Shown here: piece after piece, positions 1 to 12,007 of the stretch
Layout of the letters: each line of letters opens with the position of its first letter
Numbering within the stretch: position 1 is the first letter of the stretch
Assembly: GCA_002269645.1 (NCBI GenBank)
Contig: NIVC01004480.1
Span: 1 to 44,636, forward strand
Length of the DNA: 44,636 nt
Direction of reading: 5' to 3'
Origin: Macrostomum lignano
Taxonomy: Eukaryota
Translations under genes and position numbers: made by a program
Notes under the pieces: model-generated
What the model saw: the letters and a program-made list of their open reading frames with translations, nothing else
What the model was told of the DNA's origin: nothing
Database searches by the model: none

Positions 1-1425
1 GTGCTTTAGATACTGGCCAATTTAGACAGTGCTTTAGATACTGGCCAATTTAGACAGTGCTTTAGTTACTGGCCAATTTAGACAGTGCTTTAGTTACTGG
101 CCAATCTAGACAGTGCTTTAGATACTGGCCAATTTAGACAGTGCTTTAGTTACTGGCCAATTTAGACAGTGCTTTAGATACTGGCCAATTTAGACAGTGC
201 TTTAGATACTGGCCAATTTAGACAGTGCTTTAGATACTGGCCAATTTAGACAGTGCTTTAGTTACTGGCCAATTTAGACAGTGCTTTAGTTACTGGCCAA
301 TTTAGACAGTGCTTTAGTTACTGGCCAATTTAGACAGTGCTTCAGATACTGGCCAATTTAGACAGTGCTTTAGTTACTGGCCAATTTAGACAGTGCTTTA
401 GTTACTGGCCAATCTAGACAGTGCTTTAGTTACTGGCCAATTTAGACAGTGCTTTAGTTACTGGCCAATTTAGACAGTGCTTTAGATACTGGCCAATTTA
501 GACAGTGCTTTAGATACTGGCCAATTTAGACAGTGCTTTAGATACTGGCCAATTTAGACAGTGCTTTAGTTACTGGCCAATTTAGACAGTGCTTTAGTTA
601 CTGGCCAATTTAGACAGTGCTTTAGTTACTGGCCAATCTAGACAGTGCTTTAGATACTGGCCAATTTAGACAGTGCTTTAGTTACTGGCCAATTTAGACA
701 GTGCTTTAGTTACTGGCCAATTTAGACAGTGCTTTAGTTACTGGCCAATCTAGACAGTGCTTTAGATACTGGCCAATTTAGACAGTGCTTTAGTTACTGG
801 CCAATTTAGACAGCTGCTTTAGTTGGTGGCCAATTTAGACAGTGCTTCAGATACTGGCCAATTTAGACAGTGCTTTAGTTACTGGCCAATTTAGACAGCT
901 GCTTTAGTTGGTGGCCAATTTAGACAGTGCTTCAGATACTGGCCAATTTAGACAGTGCTTTAGTTACTGGCCAATTTAGACAGTGCTTTAGATACTGGCC
1001 AATTTAGACAGTGCTTTAGTTACTGGCCAATTTAGACAGTGCTTTAGTTACTGGCCAATTTAGACAGTGCTTTAGTTACTGGCCAATTTAGACAGTGCTT
1101 TAGATACTGGCCAATTTAGACAGTGCTTTAGTTACTGGCCAATTTAGACAGTGCTTTAGTTACTGGCCAATTTAGACAGCTGCTTTAGTTGGTGGCCAAT
1201 TTAGACAGTGCTTCAGATACTGGCCAATTTAGACAGTGCTTTAGTTACTGGCCAATTTAGACAGTGCTTTAGATACTGGCCAATTTAGACAGTGCTTTAG
1301 ATACTGGCCAATTTAGACAGTGCTTTAGATACTGGCCAATTTAGACAGTGCTTTAGTTACTGGCCAATTTAGACAGTGCTTTAGTTACTGGCCAATTTAG
1401 ACAGTGCTTTAGTTACTGAGCAATT
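1..1425. repeat. 28-bp tandem satellite (GTGCTTTAG[A/T]TACTGGCCAATTTAGACA)n, ~50 copies, runs off the left edge
   Basis: Direct reading of head-to-tail units with no spacers. Two main variants (GATACT/GTTACT) and rare 29-bp variants at 811, 896 and 1177. Confidence 0.98.
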
Positions 1426-1465
1426 AACAGGTCAAACTTAGCATTTTAATCTCTAGCAAATTGCA

Positions 1466-1979
1466 ATGCGGCTCATTCTGTTTGTCTCTGTCCAAGCCTC
1501 CGATCCCCAACCAATCAAAACGCCACTCAGGTCCAAGCCGGACAGACTGCCAGCCGACATGCTCGCCGACTCCAGCGCCGGTTTTCGTCTGACCGTCACG
1601 TCGGTGGGCATTCCGGACGCCAAGACTCGCGCCTGTCCAGCTACAAAGACTTCTACAAAAGCTTTGGCGCCGTCGTCTTTGTCCTCCCCAGCGGCGTCGG
1701 CTCCGACTGATAGCGGCGCCGGCGCTGGCGCGAATCTGCTAGGCGCCGATGAAGTGGAACAGCTGCGTCGCTGCACGTTCCGTCGGGCCGCGCCGCCTCT
1801 GATGCCGCCGCACTCCTTGCCAATGTCGGCTATTGATGGCGGCGCGCCCGCAGCCGGGTCGGCGACATCCGCAGCGCTGATGCCGCTGACTACGTGGTGC
1901 CTGCCGGTCGAGGCTCTGTGCGACGGATTGGCGAACTGCCCGGACTCCACAGATGAGCAACCGATCTGCCGGCGGGATG
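1466..1979 (+). CDS. Extracellular exon of a single-pass receptor with an LDLa module (5' boundary uncertain: ATG 1466, or acceptors before 1497 or 1531)
   Basis: The translation contains WCLPVEALCDGLANCPDSTDEQPIC, matching the LDLa C-terminal half (C-x6-CDG-x2-[DN]C-x-D-x-[ST]DE-x-C). Donor GATG|GTGAGC at 1979/1980, phase 1. An upstream GFRLTVTS resembles a CUB-domain last strand (inference). Confidence 0.75.
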
Positions 1980-2087
1980 GTGAGCTGAAGTTCATTTTAA
2001 ATAAGCTACTGCAGAAAGGAAATAAAACCTACTACAATTTCTAGTAGTATATAAGGCGTATAGCTAGCATTTTTATCCGAATTCCAG

Positions 2088-2863
2088 TATCTTTAATGTC
2101 CCGCCTGCTCTCGCTTGGCGTTGCCGCGTCGGTTGCTATGGGCGTAGGCGCAGTCGCTCTGGGCATGGGCTGCGTGCTCGGCCTCGCCTGCTGCTGCTAT
2201 CGAGCGCTGAGCTCTGAGCCGCCGCCGAACACTGCCAGCGCCGTCCCCAATGCCGCCATGACAACGCTGCATCATTCGCCTGGACAGGCTCAGCATCTTC
2301 TGCAACTGCAGCATCAGCAGCGCCTGCTCCTGCCGGCCCGTCAGAGCCCGTCAGTTGGGCTCCGACGCCCGCCGCCAGAAGCGGCGTCCTACGCGGGGAA
2401 TTCTTCCCATTATTCGCTGGCGGACAGCAGCGGGGGCGGCAGGTATTATCAGCAGCAGCAAAAGCCACCTGTCAGCTACCAGCAGCAGCAGCAGCGGGCC
2501 TACAACAGCACAGAGCAGCTGTTTGGCTATGGCAACCATGTGTACCATCAGCAGCAGCAGCATCCGCATAGTCACTATCATCAGCATCCGCAGGCCCAGT
2601 GCCGCCTGTGCCAGCACCATCCGCCGCCTGCCAGCCATCACGGCGGCTTCAGCGGCGGCGCCGGCGGCAGTCGCACCCCGACTAGTTCAAGGAGCGCCAA
2701 AAGCGGTCGCAGCGGCCGAAGCTCCTATGGGCCCGGACACCAAATTCGGCCGGTGCCGCCGCCGTCTAGAGCGGACTCGGAGACTGGAACCGGCCATCTT
2801 CATCACCATCAGCAGCCTGGCAATGGGTCTCGCGATCGCATTGTCTATCCTGTACAGTTGTGA
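2088..2863 (+). CDS. Terminal exon of the LDLa receptor: TM helix, Cys-rich juxtamembrane segment, Q/H/P/G-rich cytoplasmic tail ending VYPVQL
   Basis: Acceptor TTCCAG|TA at 2087/2088 is phase 1 and joins in frame (RRD-V-SLMSRLL). Hydrophobic stretch LLSLGVAASVAMGVGAVALGMGCVLGLACCCY. Stop at 2861-2863. Confidence 0.8.
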
Positions 2864-4388
2864 GCTGGCTAGAAAATCCATCCGCTTCTTGATCTGAATA
2901 GTTTGAGTTTCTTTTCTAAAATGAGCTTTTTTTAAATGTAATTTTATGATTCCGTTTTACGTGCATATCGATTATGGATTTGCCGATTGTGAATCTCACC
3001 TGTGCGTTTATCATTCACATTAACTGATTATGCGCTACTCCGAACTGCAATTTTTTCAAGTATACTACTTATACATGTACTCTGTGTGCTACTAATGAGT
3101 AGCCACATGCGAAAACAACCTAATCAGAGCAATGCAAGCAATAGAGTTTGCTCAGCGCTTTATTTCAATTCTGCTTTTTATTGAATTCTCTCTACCTGTA
3201 TTTATTGCATGAACAATGGCAGTTGTTATCTAGGAATTATTATGCAATTTTACTGCTTTTTTCGTCTTTTCTTCTCTTCTATATTCTGTACCAAGCGGAG
3301 CTCTTTTGTGCTCAAGCCATTTTTATATTTATATATTTGTCTGATGATATTATTGTCTCTGATTTTTATACCGAAAGCTTGCCTATATCCTTAATCTCTA
3401 TGCTATATTATTGATGTTATTAACCAGCGAAAATTTCAGAGCTTAAGAAGTCCAATGACGTCACTCAGTTGTGCCCCATATGTGCAATTATTGTTACCTG
3501 CTCATTTATGATTTATTTATATACATTTATCTGAACTCCGCTCTTCAGTGCAAAGCTTGCCTCCCGACTATGCAATTCCTTCTATTTCTTACTGTTGTAC
3601 GCTGGTGTCTTCTATCTACTCATGTTTTAGTAGTAAATGTCGTGACCAACAGTTTCTATTCTAATACATTTTAAACAAGCATACTTGAAGTTCCTGTCCT
3701 GAGTTATTCCTTTGCCGGACTAGTTAAACAGAGAAAAATATCAGTTTATGTTTCTAATAAACTGAAACAACGAGATTACCATAAGTTGTATTTTAACTCA
3801 TTTAAATCCGAATCATAGTACATAGCAACTGTAAATAAGAAGCGACTTCCGCAATAGTGAGTCTTCAGTCATTATAAATGGAACACGATTCGTTGGCATG
3901 CAAATTTGGTAGGTTTCCTAATTTTTGGAAAGCGTTGAATTTCAATAGGGGACGCGATACAACAAAAATATTACAAATTTGTGAAAAAAATTAACAACAT
4001 TCTACTGATAGTAGAGTACTGTGGAGTGAGTAACTATTTTTTAATCAGTTTTGTAAAAAAAGCGAAATTCACTTGGGGAAATCAAATCAACTTTAGTCAA
4101 CGACTTACAGTATCGGGCGCTCGGTCAGTAAAAGTGCATTACGATAATTTTGCAATGATTATAATTAATCAGACATTATTGGCTGGGTTTAACAAGACAC
4201 TGAAACACTGAAAAAACATTTAACATCATCCTACAAATAGTAGAAGAGCCAATCGAATGCATGATTTTGAGTCAACGGCAATTTGACCGCCTGAAAAAGC
4301 CTCAATTAGTTCAAGCTAGGATTGGTGGCAGTCCAATGACTTTTCGCTTACCACTTAGTCAACAAATCAGTAATTAATGAGAATTCAG

Positions 4389-4940
4389 TTATAGCGGCAC
4401 ATGCGAGAACAGATAAGAGACGCTCTCGCCATTATGCGTGCGCCTGATAGCTTCGCCAAGCATCATGCTGACGTCGATGCACTGAATCTTGGAACAGTTG
4501 CGCATGTTGTTCTCCTGCGAGATTGTATTAGTAACCACTACGGCTTCGAAAATGCTTCGATTAATACGATCGATGGCCGCCCCGCTGAGAATGCCGTGCA
4601 CACAGATGGCGTACACCCTGGAGGCGCCGGCCTCCTGCAGCTTCTCGGCCGCGTGACAAATTGTGCCGCACGTGTCCGCCATGTCGTCAACTAGGATGGC
4701 CACTTTATCCTTCACGTCGCCTACCAGGACCATCCGGTCAACTTCGTTCGCCTTCTTGCGCTCCTTGTGAATCAGGGCGAACTCCACTTTGAGCCGTTCG
4801 GCTACGGAGGTGACCCGTTTTGCGCCGCCAGCGTCTGGGCTAACGATGACAGAGTCCTGCCAGCCGGCCACGTTCTCCATGATCCACTTGATCACGGCTG
4901 GCTCCGCGTACAGATTGTCCACCGGGATGTCGAAGAAGCC
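4389..4940 (-). CDS. PRPS1: Ribose-phosphate pyrophosphokinase (class I PRPP synthetase), exon 3 (last)
   Basis: Acceptor CACAG|GGC TTC TTC GAC. Encodes [35 protein letters not shown] and the PRPP-binding motif [14 protein letters not shown], ending YLFSHVPL*. Confidence 0.97.
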   Translation of the reverse strand, partial: GFFDIPVDNLYAEPAVIKWIMENVAGWQDSVIVSPDAGGAKRVTSVAERLKVEFALIHKERKKANEVDRMVLVGDVKDKVAILVDDMADTCGTICHAAEKLQEAGASRVYAICVHGILSGAAIDRINRSIFEAVVVTNTISQENNMRNCSKIQCIDVSMMLGEAIRRTHNGESVSYLFSHVPL

Positions 4941-4963
4941 CTGTGGTGGGGGTGGCAGTAGGG

Positions 4964-5305
4964 CACCGTGAATGGGTGTGGGGTATCTCCAGCACCGTGA
5001 ATGGGTGTGGGCCCATTGTGGGGTAGCGGGGTATCTCCAGCACCGTGAATGGGTGTGGGGTAGCGGGTATTTCCAGTCACTGACGCCACCGTGAATGGGT
5101 GTGGGGTAGCGGGGTATTTCCAGTCACTGACGCCACCGTAAATGGGTGTGGGGTAGCGGGGTATTTCCAGTCACCGACGCCACCGTGAATGGGTGTGGGG
5201 TAGCGGGGTATTTCCAGTCACCGACGCCACCGTGAATGGGTGTGGGGTAGCGGGGTATTTCCAGTCACCGACGCCACCGTGAATGGGTGTGGGGTAGCGG
5301 GGCAG
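4964..5305. repeat. 47-bp G-tract minisatellite (CACCGTGAATGGGTGTGGGGTAGCGGGGTATTTCCAGTCACCGACGC), ~6-7 copies, fills PRPS intron 4941-5381
   Basis: Period 47 measured between 5181 and 5228; the units nearest 4964 are shorter and degenerate. Confidence 0.95.
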
Positions 5306-5345
5306 TTCAGCCACTGTAAACGGAAGAAGGGAAGTCGAATTATCA

Positions 5346-5795
<450 letters not shown>

Positions 5796-6283
5796 TCACT
5801 ACTATTTACTAGTATATATTGCATTTCTATAGTTTACAATTGAAATTGGAGAAAAATGGCTCACTAGCTTAGGGTGGATACTTATCAATGTCTAGCAGTG
5901 TAAGTTATAGTTGATTAGTTTCATAATTTTTTGTATAGTTAATGATTTGGTATGATATACTATAGCCTAAATGAGTGAAGATAGCCTAGATGATTGTATA
6001 TACGCTTATATTGTGTATACACTTAGCATCATTTATTATATGATAGAGATTTCTAGTACACATTTGTGATAGCCAATAGTACATAATTTTTAAACCCTAT
6101 AGTATATAGGTTGGTATATAATAGAAATTTGAAATATAGCATGCATGGCATATATTTATTCTAGATCTAGAGTCTATCATGCTACTATAGTTCATAAAAG
6201 CACAAAAATCATACTAACTATATAAATTTTTGTATTACCCTTTTAAAAATTCAATAAGAAAAATCATGTAATATAATATGATA

Positions 6284-6513
6284 TTCCAAAAGTAATTATC
6301 CCCCTCAGCCTCATACTAACCTCAGCCTTGTATGCGTTGTACTACAGAAGCTAGGCTTCATGTTCTACCTGATAGATTCCTTTAAATAATTGACTCAGAG
6401 CCCAAACTCTACATAGCTACTTGACATATATACATGTGCATGTGTATAATTTTTCATTCATTTATATGCTGCAACTTAGAAGTTGTACTATGGGGGGCTA
6501 ATTACTTTTGGAA
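6284..6513. repeat. ~230-bp element bounded by ~20-bp inverted repeats (MITE-like)
   Basis: TTCCAAAAGTAATTATCCCC at 6284 pairs with GGGGCTAATTACTTTTGGAA near 6493-6512. Confidence 0.45.
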
Positions 6514-6688
6514 CACCAGATTAATATATTAAATTAATATACGTTGTTTAAAATTTATGCCAATGTTAAAATAGGCTATAAGGCTAAGAGATTTAAGACT
6601 GACCACTGGCAAACTTGATATGCTACTAAATTTTGCTTGGCATACCTAGAGCACAATTAAATATTTCTAATAACTTCTTATATATATG

Positions 6689-6853
6689 CAATGGTGCAAC
6701 CAAGGGGGGGCAGCTGTCCCTTCTTAGGTGGAGACTGGAAAAAATCAAAGGGGGGACCAAGCGAATTTCAGCAAAAAGAGCCACCTCTCTGCCCTCTCAA
6801 GTCGTTACCCTCCAGAATCCGCCCCCCTCAAAAAATTTCTAGTTGCGCTACTA
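6689..6853. mobile_element. ~165-bp MITE-like insertion in a (TA)n context
   Basis: Left end CAATGGTGCAACCAAGGGGGGG resembles the reverse complement of the right end (TAGTAGCGCAACTAG...GGGGGG). GC-richer than its flanks, with TA runs on both sides. Confidence 0.4.
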
Positions 6854-7470
6854 TATATATATATATAGTAGCATTTTTATAGATTTTTCTAATTTTTTAA
6901 AAATATATATATAGCCTAGTATCAGGATTGAATACCAGTGTAAGGGGCTTATTCCAGAATTAAATTTATGGCAACCTTTTGTATCCCCTATAAACAATTG
7001 TCAGGAAGGCATCTAGTGTATACCAGAGTTTTTTGAAACAAAATTTTAGGTGCGTATCAACCATAGTCCAGATTATGCTGAGTGCATGCCTTATCAAAAA
7101 TTGAATAATTACAAATGCATGCCAAAAAAATTGAGTACATGCCTATACTCTCAAATCTAGGCCAAGTGTTGCAATAATAAATGACCTATTTGTATGCAAC
7201 AATAAATGATCATTGTTACATTGTATAAAAGACCCTTATGGCTAATAATTTAGTTGATTTTTTTTGCTTACACTTATTACACTTATAAATTTCTTTTAGT
7301 ACATTTTTACAAACCAAAAAAGTGGAAAGCTTACAATTTATGCTTAAAAATAAACTTTTCATCATTCTTTTAGCTTAACATTAACACTAACTTTTTTCTA
7401 TATGGCGAAATCTAAAAATTGGGGGAAGTTTTATGAAAATTCTTTCTTTGGCAATTTGAAAGCATTTAAA

Positions 7471-7750
7471 AATTTCCTGCATACATGCCACGGTGATACA
7501 TGTTTTAGTGTAATTACATTGTTCTTCGTCGCTTAATAAGCATACAGTAAGCATCTGAGTTGGAAGCTGGGTAACACATTGGAATTCCCATAAGGTTGGA
7601 AAATTGCATTTTACTCAGCTTCTACTAAAGTGATTTGGAAAATTCTTTTTTTCCTACATACACGCCGCAATGATACATGTTTTAGTGTAATTTCATTGTT
7701 CTTTGTTGCTTACAAAGCATACAGGAAGCATTTGATTTGGATGCCGGGTT
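7471..7750. repeat. Diverged direct duplication of a ~100-bp segment (period ~178 bp)
   Basis: TGATACATGTTTTAGTGTAATT(A/T)CATTGTTCTT...AAGCATACAG occurs near 7494 and again near 7671. Confidence 0.8.
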
Positions 7751-9869
7751 CACATTTTCTGGTACCATTTTTTACCCAAAATTTTCAGGTCTAAATATAG
7801 GCATATCACAAACACTAATACTATGCAAGTTGATATTTAAATGAAAGAAAATAACTTAGATTATTTTGCAACAAGGAATTAGTGGTATATTTACTTTTAG
7901 AGAAAGATGTTCGCTGGCAAACTTTGCGCTTTAAATTAGTATGAATTTTCTAGAGTTTATGTGGTTTTAGAAAAACTTTGAAATCCTTAGAAAGACTTCA
8001 TCTTTTTGAATAAAATAAAAAGTAAAACACATTTTACTTTCTGTTTTGTAAGTAGTAAAACATTAGCCTTCTCCTAAGGCCTACAAGTTTTAAAATTAAT
8101 TGTTTATTATTGAAAAAAAAGTGAAACAAAAAATTGCAAATCAGTTAACTTGGACTTTTAAAATGCTTTTTAGTGGTTTTTTTTATTTATTCAACGATGT
8201 ATAGCATGAAAACAATAGTTTTTATCTAGAACTATTTTTAAAGACCTATCTGTCTTTCAAAAAGCTTTTTAGATACATTACCTTCTATCAAATGTCCACA
8301 GATTTGTTTTACCATTTTATCCCACGTTTTTGGATTTCGCCATATGATTTTAGAAAGTGCACGCCAGTTGTGTATACACATTACTATGCAGGGCCCCTCC
8401 TGATTCTTTTACAAAATTGATAATCGTATAACTCATTTTGAATGCATGGCGAATCTAGGAAAACACATTTGTTATAATACATATAATTTTCATAATATTT
8501 TACGCAAACTAATTTTTGTTTAAACTAGCAGTAAATTTTAGTATAAATAGAAGCATTTTTGGCAGAGGAAAGACCAACCTCGTGCATTGCAGTTCCTTAA
8601 GAAAGAAAGCCAGTATTGAATAGTAAGAGTTCCAAGTAAATGTTATTAAAGATTGATTGAGAGTTATTTATTTGCATAAGTAAAAGTTAAGTAGGCTGAA
8701 GCATATACAGTATATACTAATGAAAAGTGGAAATAGTAAGAGACTATGAAGTAGATCCTAAATCAATACATGTAAGAATAACTGGAGGCTGTGACCCTCT
8801 GATCTTGGTAACATCCAGGACTGAAAATAGATACAATACATATACCAATAAGCCAATATACCTTTTAGGCCAAATTACTAGTAGAACACTATTAGAATAA
8901 CAGTAAATGCTACTAGAAATACAGAAGAATGATACTCGTAAGGGCTAGATAGTATTCTAAGAATAGTTGACAAATCAAATAATCAGACTTATACTCAGAA
9001 TAAATTAGAATTATTTTTAGAAACATTTCTCAGACTTATTCTAAGATAATTACTCATAATTTATTAAAAGAATAGTCTTGGTGTTAGCTACTAGCATTTA
9101 GAACATTTAATATAGAAAGTATAGCCCTAGTACAACTCAGTAACAGCTTTAGGATAATTCATAAAGACAGGGAAATAATATGTAGTACAACTTGGTGGCA
9201 TTGCTAGAATAGCTAAGAGGGAAACAAGACCCCTGTTACAACTTTGGTAGAAGTGGTGGGATTTCATATTGTATGGGAACACCACTAATACATTACTTTT
9301 TTAGGAATAATACATGCCAATTGTATAATACCTAACTTTTGGCATACAAGGCCAATGCATACCCAAATTTTTGGGCATAATATTACATGATCTAGAATGT
9401 GACATATCAAGTATACCAAGAATTGCAAATGTGACTTTGTAATGTACACCATAATTTCAAAATTATCCCACCTTACTTTTGAGTTGCAACAACAAAGGAC
9501 CTTTTTACTATTGTAACATTTATATAGGGGGCCTATGCAATTTTGTTTGGATATAATATTTTATTACATTAAAAAAGTGTCATGTCTATTACTTCTTGAT
9601 AAAAACTTGCAATTACACAAAGTAAAAATAAGCTTTTCTAATTTATTTAGAAATATTTTGACCAAATAAAATAAATTTATTTGAAATCATTTTTAGGCCT
9701 AGTTAAAAAATTTTCAGGCATAGTTCTAGTTTACTTTGCAATATTATTTCATAGTTATACTTTACTTCGCGATATTATTTTTATGTGTTTTTTTGCATTT
9801 ACATAGCATATTCTGTATTTATACCCAAACCACAACCCTTTCAGCTTAATTTGCAAAATGGCCGGCCAC

Positions 9870-10039
9870 CTAGCTACCCCAACATCAAGGGAACCTGGGC
9901 CCTTGCCAAGAGGCGCCTGCGCGCAATGCATGGTACAAGTGATGCACTCTTTGAGAGTCATCTCGAAGAGTATATCTGGCGCCGCCTATACCCAAACAAT
10001 GTATTCGGCATCATGCTTTACTGGGCTTCCATGTATTAG
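9870..10039 (+). mobile_element. Merlin/IS1595(ISXO2)-like transposase C-terminal remnant in PRPS intron 1
   Basis: PNIKGTWALAKRRLRAMHGTSDALFESHLEEYIWRRLY resembles the Merlin/ISXO2 C-terminal pattern (N-IE-x-W-x2-KR...L-x-E-[FY]-x-WR), recognised from memory. It is a GC-richer island in AT-rich DNA. Confidence 0.55.
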
Positions 10040-10372
10040 CCTGTTGAAGTGACTTGGCAACTTCAACTGACTGTTTTTCTGACTGAACCTGGTAACCAGG
10101 TTAAGCTGAACCTGGAAAGTGATAAAAACAGGGTGAAATAATTTAGCGAAAGGCAAAATAATATCGCAAAGTAAACTAGAACTATGCCAATTTTCATTTT
10201 TAGAATATCTAAAATACATTTTTGGAATTTATGGGAGAGGGGTAAAGAAGGATTGCCAAATTTGCTTACCTAGCTTTTATACACAAATGTATGCCAATGG
10301 ACTTATATTGCATACAAAATTAAATTAAATTCAAAACAAAAACAAAATTCAAAACAAAACTTGCTAACTTAC

Positions 10373-10494
10373 CAGGTCTCCCGATTGCTAAACTTGTTCG
10401 TAACTACTTTGCCTAGCTCATGCCCAAGCCTTTCACAAATCTTTTTAGCAAGGTCTAGATTTGAATTACCAGAAAATATTTTTATATTTGGCAT
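10373..10494 (-). CDS. PRPS1: PRPP synthetase first coding exon (not in the ORF track)
   Basis: Encodes [41 protein letters not shown]; donor TG|GTAAG, phase 2. 122+283+552=957 nt = 318 aa plus stop. Confidence 0.96.
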
Positions 10495-11067
10495 TTTTAT
10501 TAGAGAATTGCAAGGCCTAAAAAAGAAATATTTTAAATATATAAAAAATTCTATACTTTATTTTTACTTATTCAATAAACCCTGCCTCTATCAATGTATG
10601 TATAGTTTTTGGCTTTGGCTAGGCCTATGTTGTCTGGTTTGCGATTGATGCCGTTTCAGTTGACAAGCCAATACAAAAAGTATCTAAAGCTGGTCCTTAA
10701 TAAATAATAATAATAATTAAGTTAGTAAATAAATTATTTGTAGGCCTGGCTAGGTCTATAGTTATTCGATTGTAGTATTGAATGCAGTTGTTGAATGTCT
10801 GAATTGCTGGGGTGTTTTTGCAGATTAAGGCCTTATTATAATTATTGCTGTCTTATAAGTTATATCATTGCGAATAATATATGTTTTCAATGTAATAAGT
10901 GCGAATTCTAAAACTTCATTTAAATAAAAATTATTAGTAGTATAACTAAATTTACTTTCGTTGCTTTCGGATTAAGGTAAGACTTGACATACTGATTCTG
11001 CTTATTGCATCTTCCAACAGACTCTTTGATTAAAATATTACTTTTCAAACATCTTAGGCACGATTAT

Positions 11068-11700
11068 GTACTAAGGGACTATTAGCAAAGACGGCTTAAG
11101 TAGGACGGGAAACCTCGTTTCTTAGAAAATTGAGAAGGCAGGTTTTCCCGAAAAATACACTACGGAGATAGGAAGTTTTCATTTTTTCATTACGTTTTAA
11201 AAAAATAGGATTCTTTGTTCATTTTTTATTCTACGTACATTTGCTCATATCTTTGTGTCTAAAAACCATTAGAATAGCACGGCTCAGCTCTTTGGTTTTA
11301 TGAGTATATTTTATCATTCTTAGCTGACTTTGTAACAAATATGCGTAGCACAAATGATAAAATGGATTCATAAAACCAGATTTAGAGCTGTGCAATACAT
11401 ATTTATTATTTTTAAGTACCGGAAATGTACGTAGAATAAAAAATTAACATAGAATCCTACTTCTTTGAACGAAAAGCTTTATAAATATCGATAGAGCAAT
11501 AAGAAAGGCACGATTCATATCAAAAGATGAACACTGGATCTGCTTCCTATCAATATCAAAAGCAATAACAATTTTTGTGCTGAAAAAATGAAAACTTCCT
11601 ATCTCCGTAGTGTATTTTTTCAGGTAAACTTGCTTTCTAAATTTTTTTAATAAACGAGGTTTCCCGTCCTATTTAAGTTGTCCTTGCTATTTAGTCGTAC
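11068..11700. mobile_element. Foldback/MITE-like element with long terminal inverted repeats and a nested internal inverted repeat
   Basis: AAAAATACACTACGGAGATAGGAAGTTTTCATTTTTTCA (~11151-11189) is the exact reverse complement of ~11581-11619, and homology extends ~120 bp. Inner pair TTTTTTATTCTACGTACATTT (~11222) / AAATGTACGTAGAATAAAAAA (~11423). Confidence 0.8.
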
Positions 11701-11819
11701 TTGATCAGTAGTTCTTAAGTATCGCGATCGCAGGTGCATCTTTGAGGCTTCCCGTCCCGCATAGCAAAATTACGTATCCAATAGAAAGTGGGACGTCTCC
11801 GATACGTAACTTTTTTGGT

Positions 11820-12007
11820 TGCAGGAACGTCCTTGATACGCATCCTGCATCCAATTTTTATGATCCTCTCTAAATAAGCTCGTTTCTACAAAAATGGTGG
11901 AATAAATAATCAATAAAATTACAAGCATTATCTGTCCACCATTTTTGTAGAAACGAGCTTCTTTAGAGGATCATAAAAATTGGATACGTATCAAGAACGT
12001 TCCTGCA
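11820..12007. repeat. Near-perfect long hairpin (inverted repeat, ~75-80-bp arms, 33-nt loop)
   Basis: 11850-11901 is almost exactly the reverse complement of 11935-11984; the outer TGCAGGAACGT / ACGTTCCTGCA also pair. Confidence 0.9.

Noticed and set aside
1-1425. CRISPR array interpretation of the 28-bp repeats (repeat length is CRISPR-like)
   Set aside because: Units are head-to-tail with no unique spacers, there are no cas genes, and the context is intron-containing eukaryotic DNA.
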